From positions 124,001-188,000 of the IMG/VR virus record IMGVR_UViG_3300032046_000001: a stretch of 64,000 bases of DNA; one strand, 5' to 3'. The notes beneath the pieces were generated by a model that was given only the letters and a program-made list of their open reading frames with translations, was not told where the DNA came from and ran no database searches. This document shows positions 39,669 through 50,338 of the stretch, piece after piece (the first letter of the stretch is position 1; the number at the start of each line of letters is the position of its first letter). A program made the translations under genes and the position numbers.

Positions 39669-41918
39669 CTAATGACTAAAGGTATCAAGTTCAGGAACTT
39701 TACCTTCAGCTAAAAGTTTATCTTCCATCTTGCCCTTGAATACTAAATATTCATCACTAATATATTTGAGTATTTTTCTACCCAATTTAGGATGAAATTG
39801 TTCGGTTGTGGATTTGATAATAACTCCCTCTCTTATGTGATCACCAATGGTTGATTTACCAGATGATAGTTCGATAACTTTTTCTATACTAAATGGACCT
39901 TCATATAATATAGGAACTATAGGAAGTTTTTTTCTTTCACAAAAGTTTTTAAACCAATACCAGTTTAAATATTGGTTATCAATGATCACATCAAAGAATC
40001 TTACAGTTTGAGTAAATGGTGAATCATAAGGAAAAAATTTCTGAATTCCATATCCATAAATCTCACCAAATACTTCTTCACCCAAATTCAATTTGTTTTT
40101 CAATTCATACTTCTCTGCCATTCTCCAATATACATTCAAAAACTTATCTTTCTGTGTTCTCTTCAAGTTAGTACGATGTGTACCAACAACAAAGAATCCT
40201 GGGTTTTTAACACCTAAATATTTAGTTAGTAATAATCTCATTTTTAACATCAATGGAATATATTTCCAATTGATATTAAAAGGATCTACATTACCAGTCC
40301 TAAGATTAGAATTATGTACTAATACTCCATTTGCAAAATAATTATGTGTTTCTGTTTCAATATCATAACGAGTTTTTAAATATTTATATCTGTCAGTTGG
40401 TATGTAATCATCAATTGAAATTATAGTTTGTTCAGTTAAAAGTGGAATATTTTTAAATTTTATTTTGGTAATAATAGGATTAATATTTAATCTATAATTT
40501 TCTGGTAATTTGTATTGCATACACTTTGGAATATATGGTGAAATCAAAACAAATAATTTATTTGCATCTTCATGATTAAGTCTTATTCTCCAATATTCAT
40601 CACTTTTATATTTAGTAGAATTTATATCTAAATATTTTAACGCACTAATTAAATTATCAATAGATTCTTCATTAAATCCGCATGTTGCAAATAATGCTCT
40701 ATCTTTCTGGTCTTCGTTATGAGATAATGAACCATCATCCATATACCAAAATGCTAATGATATTGGTGATAATTTTCCTATTATAGATTTTGGAACTTCT
40801 TTTTTGGAATCAATAAACCAATATGAAAATAATTTTTTTATTGATTTATCTGATACAGTTCTTGCTCGACACATTTCAGTTCCGTAACCACTAATTATAT
40901 TTTTTTGTTTATTTCCAGAAATGTCATTTAGTAATTCTAATGTATAATCAATATATTCTTCATGTTCTTTTTTATGTCCAAATTGAATAGAATTATCAGA
41001 TAAACAACCATCTCCTAACATTTTTCCTATAAGTACTTGTTCTTGAATATATGAAAGTTCTTTTTGATAATTATTAATTAAAATTTTATCATCTTTTTTT
41101 AAATCAGAACATTTAATATATTTATTTAAATCTGGATTAAATATTTCATGATTTTCAGTTATTATTAATATACCATAATGATTACCAGATATCCCATTTC
41201 TAGTAAATTTTATTTTTTTCCATTTTTCTGAAATTCCATTATTAAACCAATTTAATATTTTGGATGAAACTATATTATTATTTTCATCTACACCTTTAAC
41301 TTCTAAATTTAATTTATCATTTACTATTTTTCCAATTTTTTCTTTTTTGTCATTAAATAGATCTATTTCACATTCATAATTCAAACAACCATGAATTTTT
41401 TCAAGAATAACTACTTCTTCATCTTCTTCAAATATATCAGGAAAATTCTTGAAATTTTCAATGTTGGTATATTGTGGAAAACCAGTAAATTCAGGATATT
41501 GAGTAAATCCTTTTGATTTTAAAGCACAACCACCATCACCTGTTTCTGGTGGTTCATACTTTTCGATCTTCAGTATTTCTCTAACATCATCTCCAAGTTT
41601 CCATTCTGGTTCTTTATCAATAATCAAACCTTGAGATAATATACCTCTAAGTTTAACTGTTTTAACACGACCAGCTATGATATTACCCTGTGTATCTTTT
41701 ATTTTATTGGTAAGATATCCAGTTATTCCCAACTTTTCAGATAACTCGAATGGAATGAGGCTGTCTATAGGAATATAGACAGCCTCATCTCCAACCTTAT
41801 ATTTACCTTTAGAAGAAATACAACTCCATCCTTTAACCTGAATAATTTCTAATCTATCCGCATTATCATGAGGTGTAATATTTTTAATTTTTACAACCTC
41901 ACATATTAATGAACTCAT
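39669..41918 (-). CDS. RNA ligase (DRB0094/Rnl5-like) interrupted by an intein
   Basis: HDNADRLE, EKIHG|SN (motif I split), FGEIYG, FFDV, VPILYEG, REGVII, LK; ATG 41918 follows AGGAGGTG. Confidence 0.85.
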   Translation of the reverse strand: MSSLICEVVKIKNITPHDNADRLEIIQVKGWSCISSKGKYKVGDEAVYIPIDSLIPFELSEKLGITGYLTNKIKDTQGNIIAGRVKTVKLRGILSQGLIIDKEPEWKLGDDVREILKIEKYEPPETGDGGCALKSKGFTQYPEFTGFPQYTNIENFKNFPDIFEEDEEVVILEKIHGCLNYECEIDLFNDKKEKIGKIVNDKLNLEVKGVDENNNIVSSKILNWFNNGISEKWKKIKFTRNGISGNHYGILIITENHEIFNPDLNKYIKCSDLKKDDKILINNYQKELSYIQEQVLIGKMLGDGCLSDNSIQFGHKKEHEEYIDYTLELLNDISGNKQKNIISGYGTEMCRARTVSDKSIKKLFSYWFIDSKKEVPKSIIGKLSPISLAFWYMDDGSLSHNEDQKDRALFATCGFNEESIDNLISALKYLDINSTKYKSDEYWRIRLNHEDANKLFVLISPYIPKCMQYKLPENYRLNINPIITKIKFKNIPLLTEQTIISIDDYIPTDRYKYLKTRYDIETETHNYFANGVLVHNSNLRTGNVDPFNINWKYIPLMLKMRLLLTKYLGVKNPGFFVVGTHRTNLKRTQKDKFLNVYWRMAEKYELKNKLNLGEEVFGEIYGYGIQKFFPYDSPFTQTVRFFDVIIDNQYLNWYWFKNFCERKKLPIVPILYEGPFSIEKVIELSSGKSTIGDHIREGVIIKSTTEQFHPKLGRKILKYISDEYLVFKGKMEDKLLAEGKVPELDTFSH
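40311..41387 (-). mobile_element. 359-aa intein with LAGLIDADG endonuclease
   Basis: Starts CLNYECEI, ends YDIETETHNYFANGVLVHN, +1 Ser; LIGKMLGDG and FWYMDDG blocks. Confidence 0.93.
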
Positions 41919-41933
41919 TTTTAAGTCCACCTC

Positions 41934-43559
41934 CTAATCAGAATTTTCATGCCATTGTAGATCATCCAAAATTGCGTCAGCCACATTTTTTAGATGATCT
42001 CCTATTTTTTCAAAATTGTTAACTATATCAATAAATATAATACCAGCAAGTACATCACACTGACCTTGCTTTAATCTATTAATATGGTCACTTTTAAGTT
42101 TAGTTCTAAGTTCATTAATCATTTGTTCCTTAATTACGATACACTGAGCATCCTCAACTTTATTAGATTGAAGTGAAAAAATACTACTTTCAATCATGTC
42201 TAAAAGTTCCTTATACATTGTCATTAACCCTTGTGTTGCATCGTCTGATAATGACAATTTATTTTCTATTTTCTGTTTAATGAGATTTCTAAGATTCATT
42301 GCATGATCACCAATTCTTTCGACATCATTAACAATATGAATCAGTGCAGGAATTTTTGTGGACTCTTCATGTGATAAATTTTCTTCCATCAACCGAACTA
42401 AATAACTTGTTATAGAATACCGTCTAGTATCTACAATTTCCTCTTTTTGTTCAATGTTTTCAAGAAATTTAAGATCATTTTTTGAAAATGCGTTTATGAC
42501 AGACTGTATCATAATTTTTGACAACTCTAATGTTTTAACAATCTCTTTTGTCGCTGCTTCTATTGCTATAGATGGAGTATGCAATAAATGATTTTCAAGA
42601 TATTTAGTATCCGCATAATCATCACTATCAGTGTGTTTTTCTTTTACTAATTTGATTATGAATTTACTATATAGTTTTGTAAATGGTAAAATAAGTAATG
42701 TACATGTGACATTGAATATCGTATGTGCGTTCGCACACTGTCGAGCAAGATCAATAGATGTTAATTGAATCAAGTGAGTAAATGGATGTATAAATGGTAG
42801 AAAAATAAGTGTGCCAAAAACGTTAAAGAAAAGGTGTGCAACTGCCGTTCTCTTGGCATTTGTTGACGTTCCAATACATGCCAATAATGCCGTTGCACAT
42901 GTGCCAATATTACATCCTAAAATTAGAGGTACTGCACCACTTAGGGTTATGAGATTAAGAGATGCTAAAGTTAATACTATGCCTGTTGTGACACTACTAC
43001 TTTGAATAATGGCTGTTACAATAGCACCTGCAATGACAGCTAAAATAGGGTTTGTATTAAATCTTATAAAAATATTTTTAAATATTATACTATCAGCTAA
43101 TGGTTTTACACCAATAGTCATAATATTTAATCCCAGAAATAGAACACCAAAACCAAGCAATGACAGTCCGAAATATTTCCAGGATTTATTTTTACAAATA
43201 AGATATAAACATAAACCAATTGCCAGCACGGGTAGCGCATATTCCGTCAGTTTGAATGCTATAATCTGTGCTGTCATCGTTGTGCCTATATTGGCACCAA
43301 ATATTATACCCAACGTTTGATAGAAACTGAGAAGTCCGGCATTTACAAAACCTACAGCAAGAACCGTAGTTGCCGAGCTTGATTGAATGATAGATGTAAT
43401 TATTGCGCCAACAATAGTTCCTTTTAATGGACTGCTTGTTAATTTTCCTAAGATAGTTCTTATCTTGTTAGAAGCCACTTTTTCGAGTCCATCACCCATT
43501 AAATGGATACCATAAATAAATAATGCCAGACCGCCAATTAAATTAAATATAACATTCAT
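41934..43559 (-). CDS. Na+/phosphate cotransporter family protein with PhoU-like domain
   Basis: Two QSSS repeats, GANIGTT and GCNIGT, C-terminal ERIGDH and EKIGDH. Confidence 0.9.
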   Translation of the reverse strand: MNVIFNLIGGLALFIYGIHLMGDGLEKVASNKIRTILGKLTSSPLKGTIVGAIITSIIQSSSATTVLAVGFVNAGLLSFYQTLGIIFGANIGTTMTAQIIAFKLTEYALPVLAIGLCLYLICKNKSWKYFGLSLLGFGVLFLGLNIMTIGVKPLADSIIFKNIFIRFNTNPILAVIAGAIVTAIIQSSSVTTGIVLTLASLNLITLSGAVPLILGCNIGTCATALLACIGTSTNAKRTAVAHLFFNVFGTLIFLPFIHPFTHLIQLTSIDLARQCANAHTIFNVTCTLLILPFTKLYSKFIIKLVKEKHTDSDDYADTKYLENHLLHTPSIAIEAATKEIVKTLELSKIMIQSVINAFSKNDLKFLENIEQKEEIVDTRRYSITSYLVRLMEENLSHEESTKIPALIHIVNDVERIGDHAMNLRNLIKQKIENKLSLSDDATQGLMTMYKELLDMIESSIFSLQSNKVEDAQCIVIKEQMINELRTKLKSDHINRLKQGQCDVLAGIIFIDIVNNFEKIGDHLKNVADAILDDLQWHENSD

Positions 43560-43583
43560 TTGGTGCTCCTTAACATAAGTTTG

Positions 43584-43847
43584 TTAAAATTCTTCAGATA
43601 AACATGTAAATCTAAAGTTAAATTCAAAGGTACTACACAAACTTAATAACCTATCTTCAGCCATCAATTTCTGTTTTGAATCTGAGCATGTATATTCTCC
43701 TGTCGATTCTCGTGTCGGTATCTCGTTTTCTTTCAGTTTTTGAATTAGAACTTTAGCCATCTCTTCGGAAAGATTATTTATTCGTTTTCTATATTCATTA
43801 TATATCTCATCACATATATCATAAATCTTTTCAACTTGATCAGGCAT
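43584..43847 (-). CDS. Hypothetical protein
   Basis: 87 aa, tiled in the minus-strand run. Confidence 0.55.
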   Translation of the reverse strand: MPDQVEKIYDICDEIYNEYRKRINNLSEEMAKVLIQKLKENEIPTRESTGEYTCSDSKQKLMAEDRLLSLCSTFEFNFRFTCLSEEF

Positions 43848-44487
43848 ACTTTAATTCCAACCTTTCAATCTCTTGGATTATTTCTTCTCTAATATCCACT
43901 TCTTTGGTAACACTGTTTAATTTTTGAAAATCGAATAACTTTAATTTAGATATGATTTTAATTTTAGGAAGATCATCAACTATTTTAATATCAAATATAA
44001 TATCATCATAAATATTAAATCTGACATCATCCAAATATATCTCTCTTTTAAAAGTTCTTTTTTCTGGATTGAATGAATTTTCTCTGATTTGTTTTATTAG
44101 TGAATATACTTTAACTTCATCAATATAAATGTGAAAAATTTCTTCAAATATTTTAATAAATTTGAATTCAATTTCTTGTTTATATAATTCTCCATAAAAT
44201 TTATCACATTGATTTCTATAGTCATTTTCAAATTTGTCAAGAATTGCGACTAAGTAATCAATATTTTTATCGAGTGTTTTATACCAGCAATTAGCCCACT
44301 CTTCAGAGAATGATTTTGCGAATTTTATAAACGAGATCTTATCTTTTTCATCGGGATTATATAAATCAGGTTTGAAAGAATCAAGAAAGTACTGAAGATA
44401 TAAAATCATTCTTCCAATGCTTTCTTGACTGTAAGTCCACAATCTATCAAAGTTTTTTGTAATATTATTATTCTCTATAATGTTCAT
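43840..44487 (-). CDS. Hypothetical protein
   Basis: 215 aa. Confidence 0.7.
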   Translation of the reverse strand: MNIIENNNITKNFDRLWTYSQESIGRMILYLQYFLDSFKPDLYNPDEKDKISFIKFAKSFSEEWANCWYKTLDKNIDYLVAILDKFENDYRNQCDKFYGELYKQEIEFKFIKIFEEIFHIYIDEVKVYSLIKQIRENSFNPEKRTFKREIYLDDVRFNIYDDIIFDIKIVDDLPKIKIISKLKLFDFQKLNSVTKEVDIREEIIQEIERLELKYA

Positions 44488-44488
44488 A

Positions 44489-44683
44489 CTACATCAGTCC
44501 CATTTTCTTTAAACATCGTATTCTCCATTCTTTCAATTCATCTGGTTTTTCTTTCATATTTTTTACAATCTCAAGAGCTTCCCACAACATATCAAAATTA
44601 ATTTCATTTGTTTCTTTCCAATGATCAATTTCTTTTTGAAGCTCATTAAACGCTCTACTTACTAAATCAGTAATTTCACCCAT
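44489..44683 (-). CDS. Hypothetical protein
   Basis: 64 aa. Confidence 0.55.
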   Translation of the reverse strand: MGEITDLVSRAFNELQKEIDHWKETNEINFDMLWEALEIVKNMKEKPDELKEWRIRCLKKMGLM

Positions 44684-44686
44684 TAT

Positions 44687-45256
44687 TTATACTTCTTTTA
44701 TTATATTATGAATTAGTAATTGATATTCTTTTTGACATACCGGACATTTACCGATTTTAAATCGGAAATCTATTTTATTACCACACTCACATACCCATCC
44801 AATAATCTTGGCTGGATTCCCCACAACTAATGCGAAGTCTGGTATGTCTTTTGTTACAACCGAACCAGCACCAACAAACGCATATGACCCGATGGTATGT
44901 CCACAAACTATAGTAGCGTTTGCTCCAATACTCGCTCCTTTTTTAATAAGTGTTGGTCGCGTCTCATTCATTCGATTTATAAATGCCCTTGGATTGTTTA
45001 CGTTCGTAAAAACAACCGATGGACCGATAAATACATCATCTTCTAACGTCACATTATAATAAACTGATACGTTATTTTGAATTTTACAACCATTACCAAT
45101 TTTGACATCTGGACCTATCATACAATTCTGTCCAATGACACAGCTCTTTCCTACAATAGTACCACTTAATATATGTGAAAAATGCCAAATATTTGTATTC
45201 TCTCCAATAACACAGTTATTATCAACTATAGAAGTTTTATCAATAAAATTATTCAT
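44687..45256 (-). CDS. Hexapeptide-repeat sugar N-acetyltransferase (WbpD/WlbB-like)
   Basis: [51 protein letters not shown]. Confidence 0.88.
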   Translation of the reverse strand: MNNFIDKTSIVDNNCVIGENTNIWHFSHILSGTIVGKSCVIGQNCMIGPDVKIGNGCKIQNNVSVYYNVTLEDDVFIGPSVVFTNVNNPRAFINRMNETRPTLIKKGASIGANATIVCGHTIGSYAFVGAGSVVTKDIPDFALVVGNPAKIIGWVCECGNKIDFRFKIGKCPVCQKEYQLLIHNIIKEV

Positions 45257-45290
45257 ATCATTTCCTTTTAAAAAATTAGAAAAGGGAAGA

Positions 45291-45530
45291 TTATATCTTC
45301 CCTTTTCTCTTTAGTATTCTTTGTATCATTAAGAATATGCCGACAATAAGATTAGCCGATGCATAACCAGCAATATGATCAAATTTTAATAAACGTGCAA
45401 ATCCAAAAACAGCTCCAGCAGATATAAATAAGAATGATACATCTTTTCGTCGAACTGATTCTGGATCACAGATTAAAATTCCTGAGTAAATACTAACAAT
45501 TATAATTATTAATAATAAAATATAAAACAA
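45291..45530 (-). CDS. Small membrane protein
   Basis: Three hydrophobic segments. Confidence 0.6.
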   Translation of the reverse strand: MFYILLLIIIIVSIYSGILICDPESVRRKDVSFLFISAGAVFGFARLLKFDHIAGYASANLIVGIFLMIQRILKRKGKI

Positions 45531-45534
45531 TAAA

Positions 45535-45927
45535 TCACCTCAAATGTTGATATAATGGTTGAATATCCAACACGTCAATCTCTTTACAACAGATTGTTCC
45601 ATCGGGAATAGGAGAGTACCCATAATCACCACTCCTATAAAAATCATCAATATACTGTTCACGGGCAACACAACTACAAAGTTCATTAGGAACTACTTCA
45701 TCACCAATGGTATCAATCTCAGCAACAAAAAACTTTGATGGGTAGTTAGTTTCTTGATGTTTACAAAGCATTTGAACAAAACTGATAAGATTCTTTATGG
45801 TGTCAAATAGAATAAAACCGAGGGTTTCGTCATCACAAACCATTGATCCAATACTATAAATTTTTTCATATCGACCAACAACAGCAAGACTTCTATTTCC
45901 TGGTTGTAATAATTTAAATCGTTTCAT
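45535..45927 (-). CDS. Hypothetical protein
   Basis: 130 aa, SD AAGGAG. Confidence 0.65.
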   Translation of the reverse strand: MKRFKLLQPGNRSLAVVGRYEKIYSIGSMVCDDETLGFILFDTIKNLISFVQMLCKHQETNYPSKFFVAEIDTIGDEVVPNELCSCVAREQYIDDFYRSGDYGYSPIPDGTICCKEIDVLDIQPLYQHLR

Positions 45928-45948
45928 ATTCTTCTCCTTTTGAATTTT

Positions 45949-46206
45949 TTAATCTGGACATGGACCAATATCCATTTCTGGAATAAGAAATACATCACTT
46001 TTAAAATTGTCCATATTTCGCCAACTTTCACCATCAGGAACTAAATATGCCTCTCCTCTACAAAAATCAGATATATTATGAACAGGATTAAATTCACCGA
46101 AATGGCCAATAACACCTATAGGTAAATTATCATCTATTTTAGATAATAGTTCTTTTAATTGACCGACTGTAACAGCGGTATATGTCTTATCCTTCTTTTT
46201 TCCCAT
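45949..46206 (-). CDS. Hypothetical protein
   Basis: 85 aa, TVGQLKELL start. Confidence 0.6.
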   Translation of the reverse strand: MGKKKDKTYTAVTVGQLKELLSKIDDNLPIGVIGHFGEFNPVHNISDFCRGEAYLVPDGESWRNMDNFKSDVFLIPEMDIGPCPD

Positions 46207-46393
46207 TTCTTTTATTGTTCAAATCGTGAAACGATTTTCCCCTCCTTTTATCAATTTTTCTATTAGATTGTCTAAACGGATTTGATTCCTTTGACTTTTT
46301 AAATTTTTTATTTTTAGGTTCAAATGAATCACATAACTCTGCAAAATATTCATTCTTTTTTTGAATTTTAGTTGGTTTACTCACTGTAATCAA
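46187..46393 (-). CDS. Basic hypothetical protein
   Basis: 68 aa, K-rich. Confidence 0.5.
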   Translation of the reverse strand: MITVSKPTKIQKKNEYFAELCDSFEPKNKKFKKSKESNPFRQSNRKIDKRRGKSFHDLNNKRNGKKEG

Positions 46394-46598
46394 TCCCGAA
46401 TTTAATAAATAAAAATCTCAAGAATAAAATAAATCCTCCAAGGATTCCTAAAACTTTTTCACAATCACAAATGATTGTTATTCGACTATTAATATCTATA
46501 CAATCAAAGCATCTTAATGAAATTATAATTGGAAAATAAATCATGAATAATATTACAAAATCCCAGAAATGATCATGCAATTTGAATTTTTCTGACAT
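46377..46598 (-). CDS. Small membrane protein
   Basis: Two hydrophobic segments. Confidence 0.5.
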   Translation of the reverse strand: MSEKFKLHDHFWDFVILFMIYFPIIISLRCFDCIDINSRITIICDCEKVLGILGGFILFLRFLFIKFGIDYSE

Positions 46599-46612
46599 TC
46601 AGAATCTCCAAC

Positions 46613-46861
46613 CTATTTAGTTTTTATTATTCCATATTTATCTCGGCGGTAATTATAATCATCATATAATTCTTTTTTTGTCACATCTAAATCGATTTCG
46701 ATATAATCTGGTGGTTGATCTAAATTATGATAACCTACTTTCATATAATCAAAACCACCATCAATATAACACTCTCCGCAATTACAAGATCTAAAATCAT
46801 GTCTGGCGCGTGAAAATATAATATCACCACATGTTGGACATTTGATTGCATTAATCTTCAA
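46613..46861 (-). CDS. Zinc-ribbon hypothetical protein
   Basis: CPTCGDII.S..RHDFRSCNCG...IDGG. Confidence 0.7.
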   Translation of the reverse strand: MKINAIKCPTCGDIIFSRARHDFRSCNCGECYIDGGFDYMKVGYHNLDQPPDYIEIDLDVTKKELYDDYNYRRDKYGIIKTK

Positions 46862-47177
46862 ATTCTCTCCACTCCTCTACATAACAATTGAATATATCAT
46901 ATACTGTACTATCAAGTACCAAGTCTTCTTGAATTAGATCAGTTAATACGTCAAGAGTTTCAGCATTATAATGATATAATTCTTCACCGTTTTCTTCTCT
47001 TCTTGTTAACCAAATTTCATCTAATTCATTCCAAATACATTCATATTCACTCTCTGGCCAAAAGATACCATCTGTTTCTCTATAATCAATACCGAGTGCA
47101 AATCTGATAATGGCTTTCCCATCTAATCGAAATTCGTCTTCATTTTTTTCCCATCGAGGGATTGCTGGTACAATCAT
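46851..47177 (-). CDS. Hypothetical protein
   Basis: 108 aa, coupled. Confidence 0.6.
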   Translation of the reverse strand: MIVPAIPRWEKNEDEFRLDGKAIIRFALGIDYRETDGIFWPESEYECIWNELDEIWLTRREENGEELYHYNAETLDVLTDLIQEDLVLDSTVYDIFNCYVEEWREFED

Positions 47178-47500
47178 GTTTTAGATCTCTTTTTAGGAAC
47201 AACATCCATTCCATTCCATTCATATCTATCTCGATATTTATTTAAAAATTTTTCAATTTTTCTTTTCACTCGATCTATTTGATAGAAACTATTAGCTGTA
47301 AAAAATATATGAGGTCCAAACATACCATCAAAATCAATATCATAAGCTCCAGATTTTTCTAATTCAGTAAAAATAATTGAATCATCTTGTCGTTCATTTC
47401 GTTTCTTCCAGAAAGTATTAGAAAGTTTGTCGAATAATAAGAAATCTTCTTTGGATAAGGTCACACAAACATTATAACCAGTAATATCATGTTTTAACAT
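47174..47500 (-). CDS. Hypothetical protein
   Basis: 108 aa, coupled. Confidence 0.6.
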   Translation of the reverse strand: MLKHDITGYNVCVTLSKEDFLLFDKLSNTFWKKRNERQDDSIIFTELEKSGAYDIDFDGMFGPHIFFTANSFYQIDRVKRKIEKFLNKYRDRYEWNGMDVVPKKRSKT

Positions 47501-47750
47501 ACTCAGATTCTACCCTTTCAATGTATTTATAAAATTCATCATCAGCTTTGAGATGATTCAATTCTCCTCTTTCATATTTTTCATAACATTCATGACAGAC
47601 TGCTTGACCAGCCCAATTATCTGTTTTTTCTGGATCAACGATCTTGTCTTCATAGAACGGAAGATATTCATCCATATAATGAAGTTTCCAACAAATTTGA
47701 CAATTCACCTCTTTTGGCCATAGTTCAATTATTCGAATACTATTTTTCAT
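47487..47750 (-). CDS. Hypothetical protein
   Basis: 87 aa, CQIC..CHEC. Confidence 0.6.
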   Translation of the reverse strand: MKNSIRIIELWPKEVNCQICWKLHYMDEYLPFYEDKIVDPEKTDNWAGQAVCHECYEKYERGELNHLKADDEFYKYIERVESEYVKT

Positions 47751-47944
47751 TTTAATCGATTTGTGAAATCAGAAATTATTCTTCCAGCAAAATATATTTT
47801 AATGTCATGATTCTTTTCACACCACTCTATAAGTGATTCATCAGTCGTAAAAAATCTTTTTATTACATCGGTGGAAGAATCACTATAAATTAATAAATAT
47901 TCTGCACTATTATCGAATTTATATCTGTTTCTAAGTCTTCCCAT
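47747..47944 (-). CDS. Hypothetical protein
   Basis: 65 aa, SD GGAGG. Confidence 0.6.
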   Translation of the reverse strand: MGRLRNRYKFDNSAEYLLIYSDSSTDVIKRFFTTDESLIEWCEKNHDIKIYFAGRIISDFTNRLK

Positions 47945-47959
47945 TTTTCCTCCTTGATA

Positions 47960-48184
47960 TTATTTTCTCCAGTTATTTTTTTCAGCAAACCATATTTTAA
48001 AATCTTCAGGAGAACTAAATCCATCACTATACCACTTAAAAAAATCCTGTTGAGTTTTAAATTCTTGATTTAATTCAGGATCATGACTTCCTCCTTCTGG
48101 AGTCATATCAACAAAAAATCTCTTATCTTTATCATCAACCCAACCTTCAGACATCCAATCATAATATATCATTCTTCGATCCAC
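47960..48184 (-). CDS. Hypothetical protein
   Basis: 74 aa. Confidence 0.55.
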   Translation of the reverse strand: MDRRMIYYDWMSEGWVDDKDKRFFVDMTPEGGSHDPELNQEFKTQQDFFKWYSDGFSSPEDFKIWFAEKNNWRK

Positions 48185-48519
48185 CTTCCATCTATTACTA
48201 CTTCAATTTTTAGATTTTCTTCTTTCATTTCACGATCAACTTTTCTTTCAATTTCTTTTTCGTCGTGGTCAATTTCAAATATTTTCTTTTGTAACCATAA
48301 TTTAAATATTTTTGATTCTGTCAATCTTTTAAACGCATTTTTTTTATTTTGACCTTGTGATCTTTCTTCACGGGATTCACCAACGGCACCGGAGTCCCTA
48401 TGTACTATACGAACGCCAGAATTTACTTTATTTACATTTTGTCCTCCAGCACCTGAACACCTAAATGTTTGTACTTCAAAATCTTTTTTTGTTACTGAAA
48501 ATAATAATTCTTTAGACAA
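48169..48519 (-). CDS. Stand-alone class I release-factor GGQ domain (ArfB/PrfH-like peptidyl-tRNA hydrolase)
   Basis: FRCSGAGGQNVNKVNSGVRIVH...ERSQGQNKKNAFKRL. Confidence 0.88.
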   Translation of the reverse strand: MSKELLFSVTKKDFEVQTFRCSGAGGQNVNKVNSGVRIVHRDSGAVGESREERSQGQNKKNAFKRLTESKIFKLWLQKKIFEIDHDEKEIERKVDREMKEENLKIEVVIDGRWIEE

Positions 48520-48542
48520 ATTAAAAACCTACCTTTCTTAAT

Positions 48543-48551
48543 GGGAACAAA
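48543..48551 (+). promoter_or_regulatory. GGGAACAAA motif
   Basis: Directly abuts leader copy 5. Confidence 0.55.
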
Positions 48552-48637
48552 TAATTGAGAGATAGAACCCATGATTCGAAAAGAGAAAACCTTGATTCTC
48601 CTGCTCTCAGTTACTATCAAGGAATAACAACAAGGAG
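48552..48637 (+). ncRNA. Structured leader element, copy 5
   Basis: P1 48552-61/48604-13, P2 GAA/TTC, GAAAA, P3 GAGAA/TTCTC; loop CCTTGA is complementary to TCAAGG (48617-22) and CAAGG (48631-35, over the SD AAGGAG). Confidence 0.78.
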
Positions 48638-48647
48638 TTATTAAAAA

Positions 48648-49241
48648 ATGAAAATTTATAAAAATTTAAATTTACAGGATTTAAATGGTGAAATCTGGAA
48701 AGTTATAGAAAATTTTCCAGATTATCAAGTTAGTAGTTATGGAAGAGTTAAATCACTAAAATGTAGAAAAGAATTAATAATTAAACAACATATAGATTCT
48801 AAAGGATATTTGCGTACATCTATATATAAAAAAGGTAAAAAAGTTCATAGACTAGTTTATGAAACATTTAAAGAAAAATTAAATATAGATTATGATATCC
48901 ATCATATAAATGAAAATAAAGAAGATAATAATATTAATAATTTGGAGAAAAAATCTCATATTTTACATTCAATTAATCACAATCCTAAAGGCAATAATCA
49001 TAAAAATTATGGCAAACATCATTCTGAAGAATCAAAGATTAAAATAGGTAAAAATCATGTTGATATTCGTGGAATTAATAATCCAAGTAGTATATTATTA
49101 ATTCAAGAAATTATTCAAATTAAATTATTATTAAAAGAAAAAATATTATCTCAAAAAGAAATAGCAGAAATATTTGAAGTTCATCCAATGACTATATCAT
49201 CTATTAAAAATAAAAGAACTTGGTCATATATAATAATATAA
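48648..49241 (+). mobile_element. NUMOD4-HNH homing endonuclease inserted against the local strand
   Basis: IWKVIENFPDYQVSSYGRVKS, IHHINENKEDNNINNL, C-terminal HTH. Confidence 0.88.
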
Positions 49242-49248
49242 TATCATA

Positions 49249-49284
49249 AAAGAAACACCATCATTAATCTGATGGTGTTTCTTT
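49249..49284. terminator. 15-bp hairpin at convergent junction
   Basis: AAAGAAACACCATCA-TTAATC-TGATGGTGTTTCTTT. Confidence 0.7.
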
Positions 49285-50334
49285 CTCTTTAACTTCTTTC
49301 ATTTCAACAATATCACCAATTATTTCAATACGTTTTTCATCTCGCTCTTCAGGAGTACCAAACCAAGTCAGCTCCCAGAAAATTGCCTTCATCGTTTCCA
49401 AAACTTTAAATTGTTTGTTTCCAAAATACTGTTTATCATGAAAATCATCAGAAGAGTAAATTTTGAAAACATTTTTCAATCTTAATTTCAATGTTTTCAA
49501 ATAATTATTTGGAGTGAAACTTATACCATAGTAAATAAGACCATTCAGTCCCTCTGGGAGATAATCATCTTCACATGGTTCACCAATAGCATGAAAAGAT
49601 GGCCATGATGTCAAAGTTTCATATTCAGCATCATGTTCAACATCCCAATATATTTCGAGATATTTCAATTCTCCAGAACCACTGAATTCTTTTTTAGATT
49701 CTTCTATTATCGGTTTGATTCTTTCACCAGTAATAATCTCCCAAAGATCAATATTGTTTTCAACAATATCAAATATTCTTCCAAGAGTAACATCATCATT
49801 TAATCTTACATTCTCCCATATGAAATGAATCAACTTATCAGGAGCAATAATTTGTTCTTGTCTGCCTGCTTTCCAATAAGAACGAATTATTGAATTATTG
49901 GTTATTATGATACCTTCAAAATCATCTTCCTCTTCTTTCTCTGAAAAGATATGATATTTTTCATTTAAGCGTTTATCGAGTTCGGTTTTCCACTCTTTCT
50001 CAGTCCATCCATGATCAAGAAGAGTCTCATTCCACTTTCTCCACTGTTTTTTAGGTTGTTTAAAATCAGGACATAGAAGAATCATTTCCGATAACTCATC
50101 AAATATATTAGAAATCTCTTCATATGGTGTACGGACTTCTATACTATCTTTTGGTGGTATTTTAATAGAAACTGGAAATTCAAATGCCTCACCAAAAACA
50201 AGATCATTAACAGCTTTAAATTGAACTGACTTATTATATTGATTTCCCAAAAATTTTAAAATTCCATCATAATCATCGTGTGCAAAATGTATAACATACT
50301 CGCCATTTGGGTCATATATTTTGGTAAAAATCAT
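49264..50334 (-). CDS. Hypothetical protein
   Basis: 356-aa ORF, no motif recognised. Confidence 0.75.
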   Translation of the reverse strand: MIFTKIYDPNGEYVIHFAHDDYDGILKFLGNQYNKSVQFKAVNDLVFGEAFEFPVSIKIPPKDSIEVRTPYEEISNIFDELSEMILLCPDFKQPKKQWRKWNETLLDHGWTEKEWKTELDKRLNEKYHIFSEKEEEDDFEGIIITNNSIIRSYWKAGRQEQIIAPDKLIHFIWENVRLNDDVTLGRIFDIVENNIDLWEIITGERIKPIIEESKKEFSGSGELKYLEIYWDVEHDAEYETLTSWPSFHAIGEPCEDDYLPEGLNGLIYYGISFTPNNYLKTLKLRLKNVFKIYSSDDFHDKQYFGNKQFKVLETMKAIFWELTWFGTPEERDEKRIEIIGDIVEMKEVKEKETPSD

Positions 50335-50338
50335 TTTA

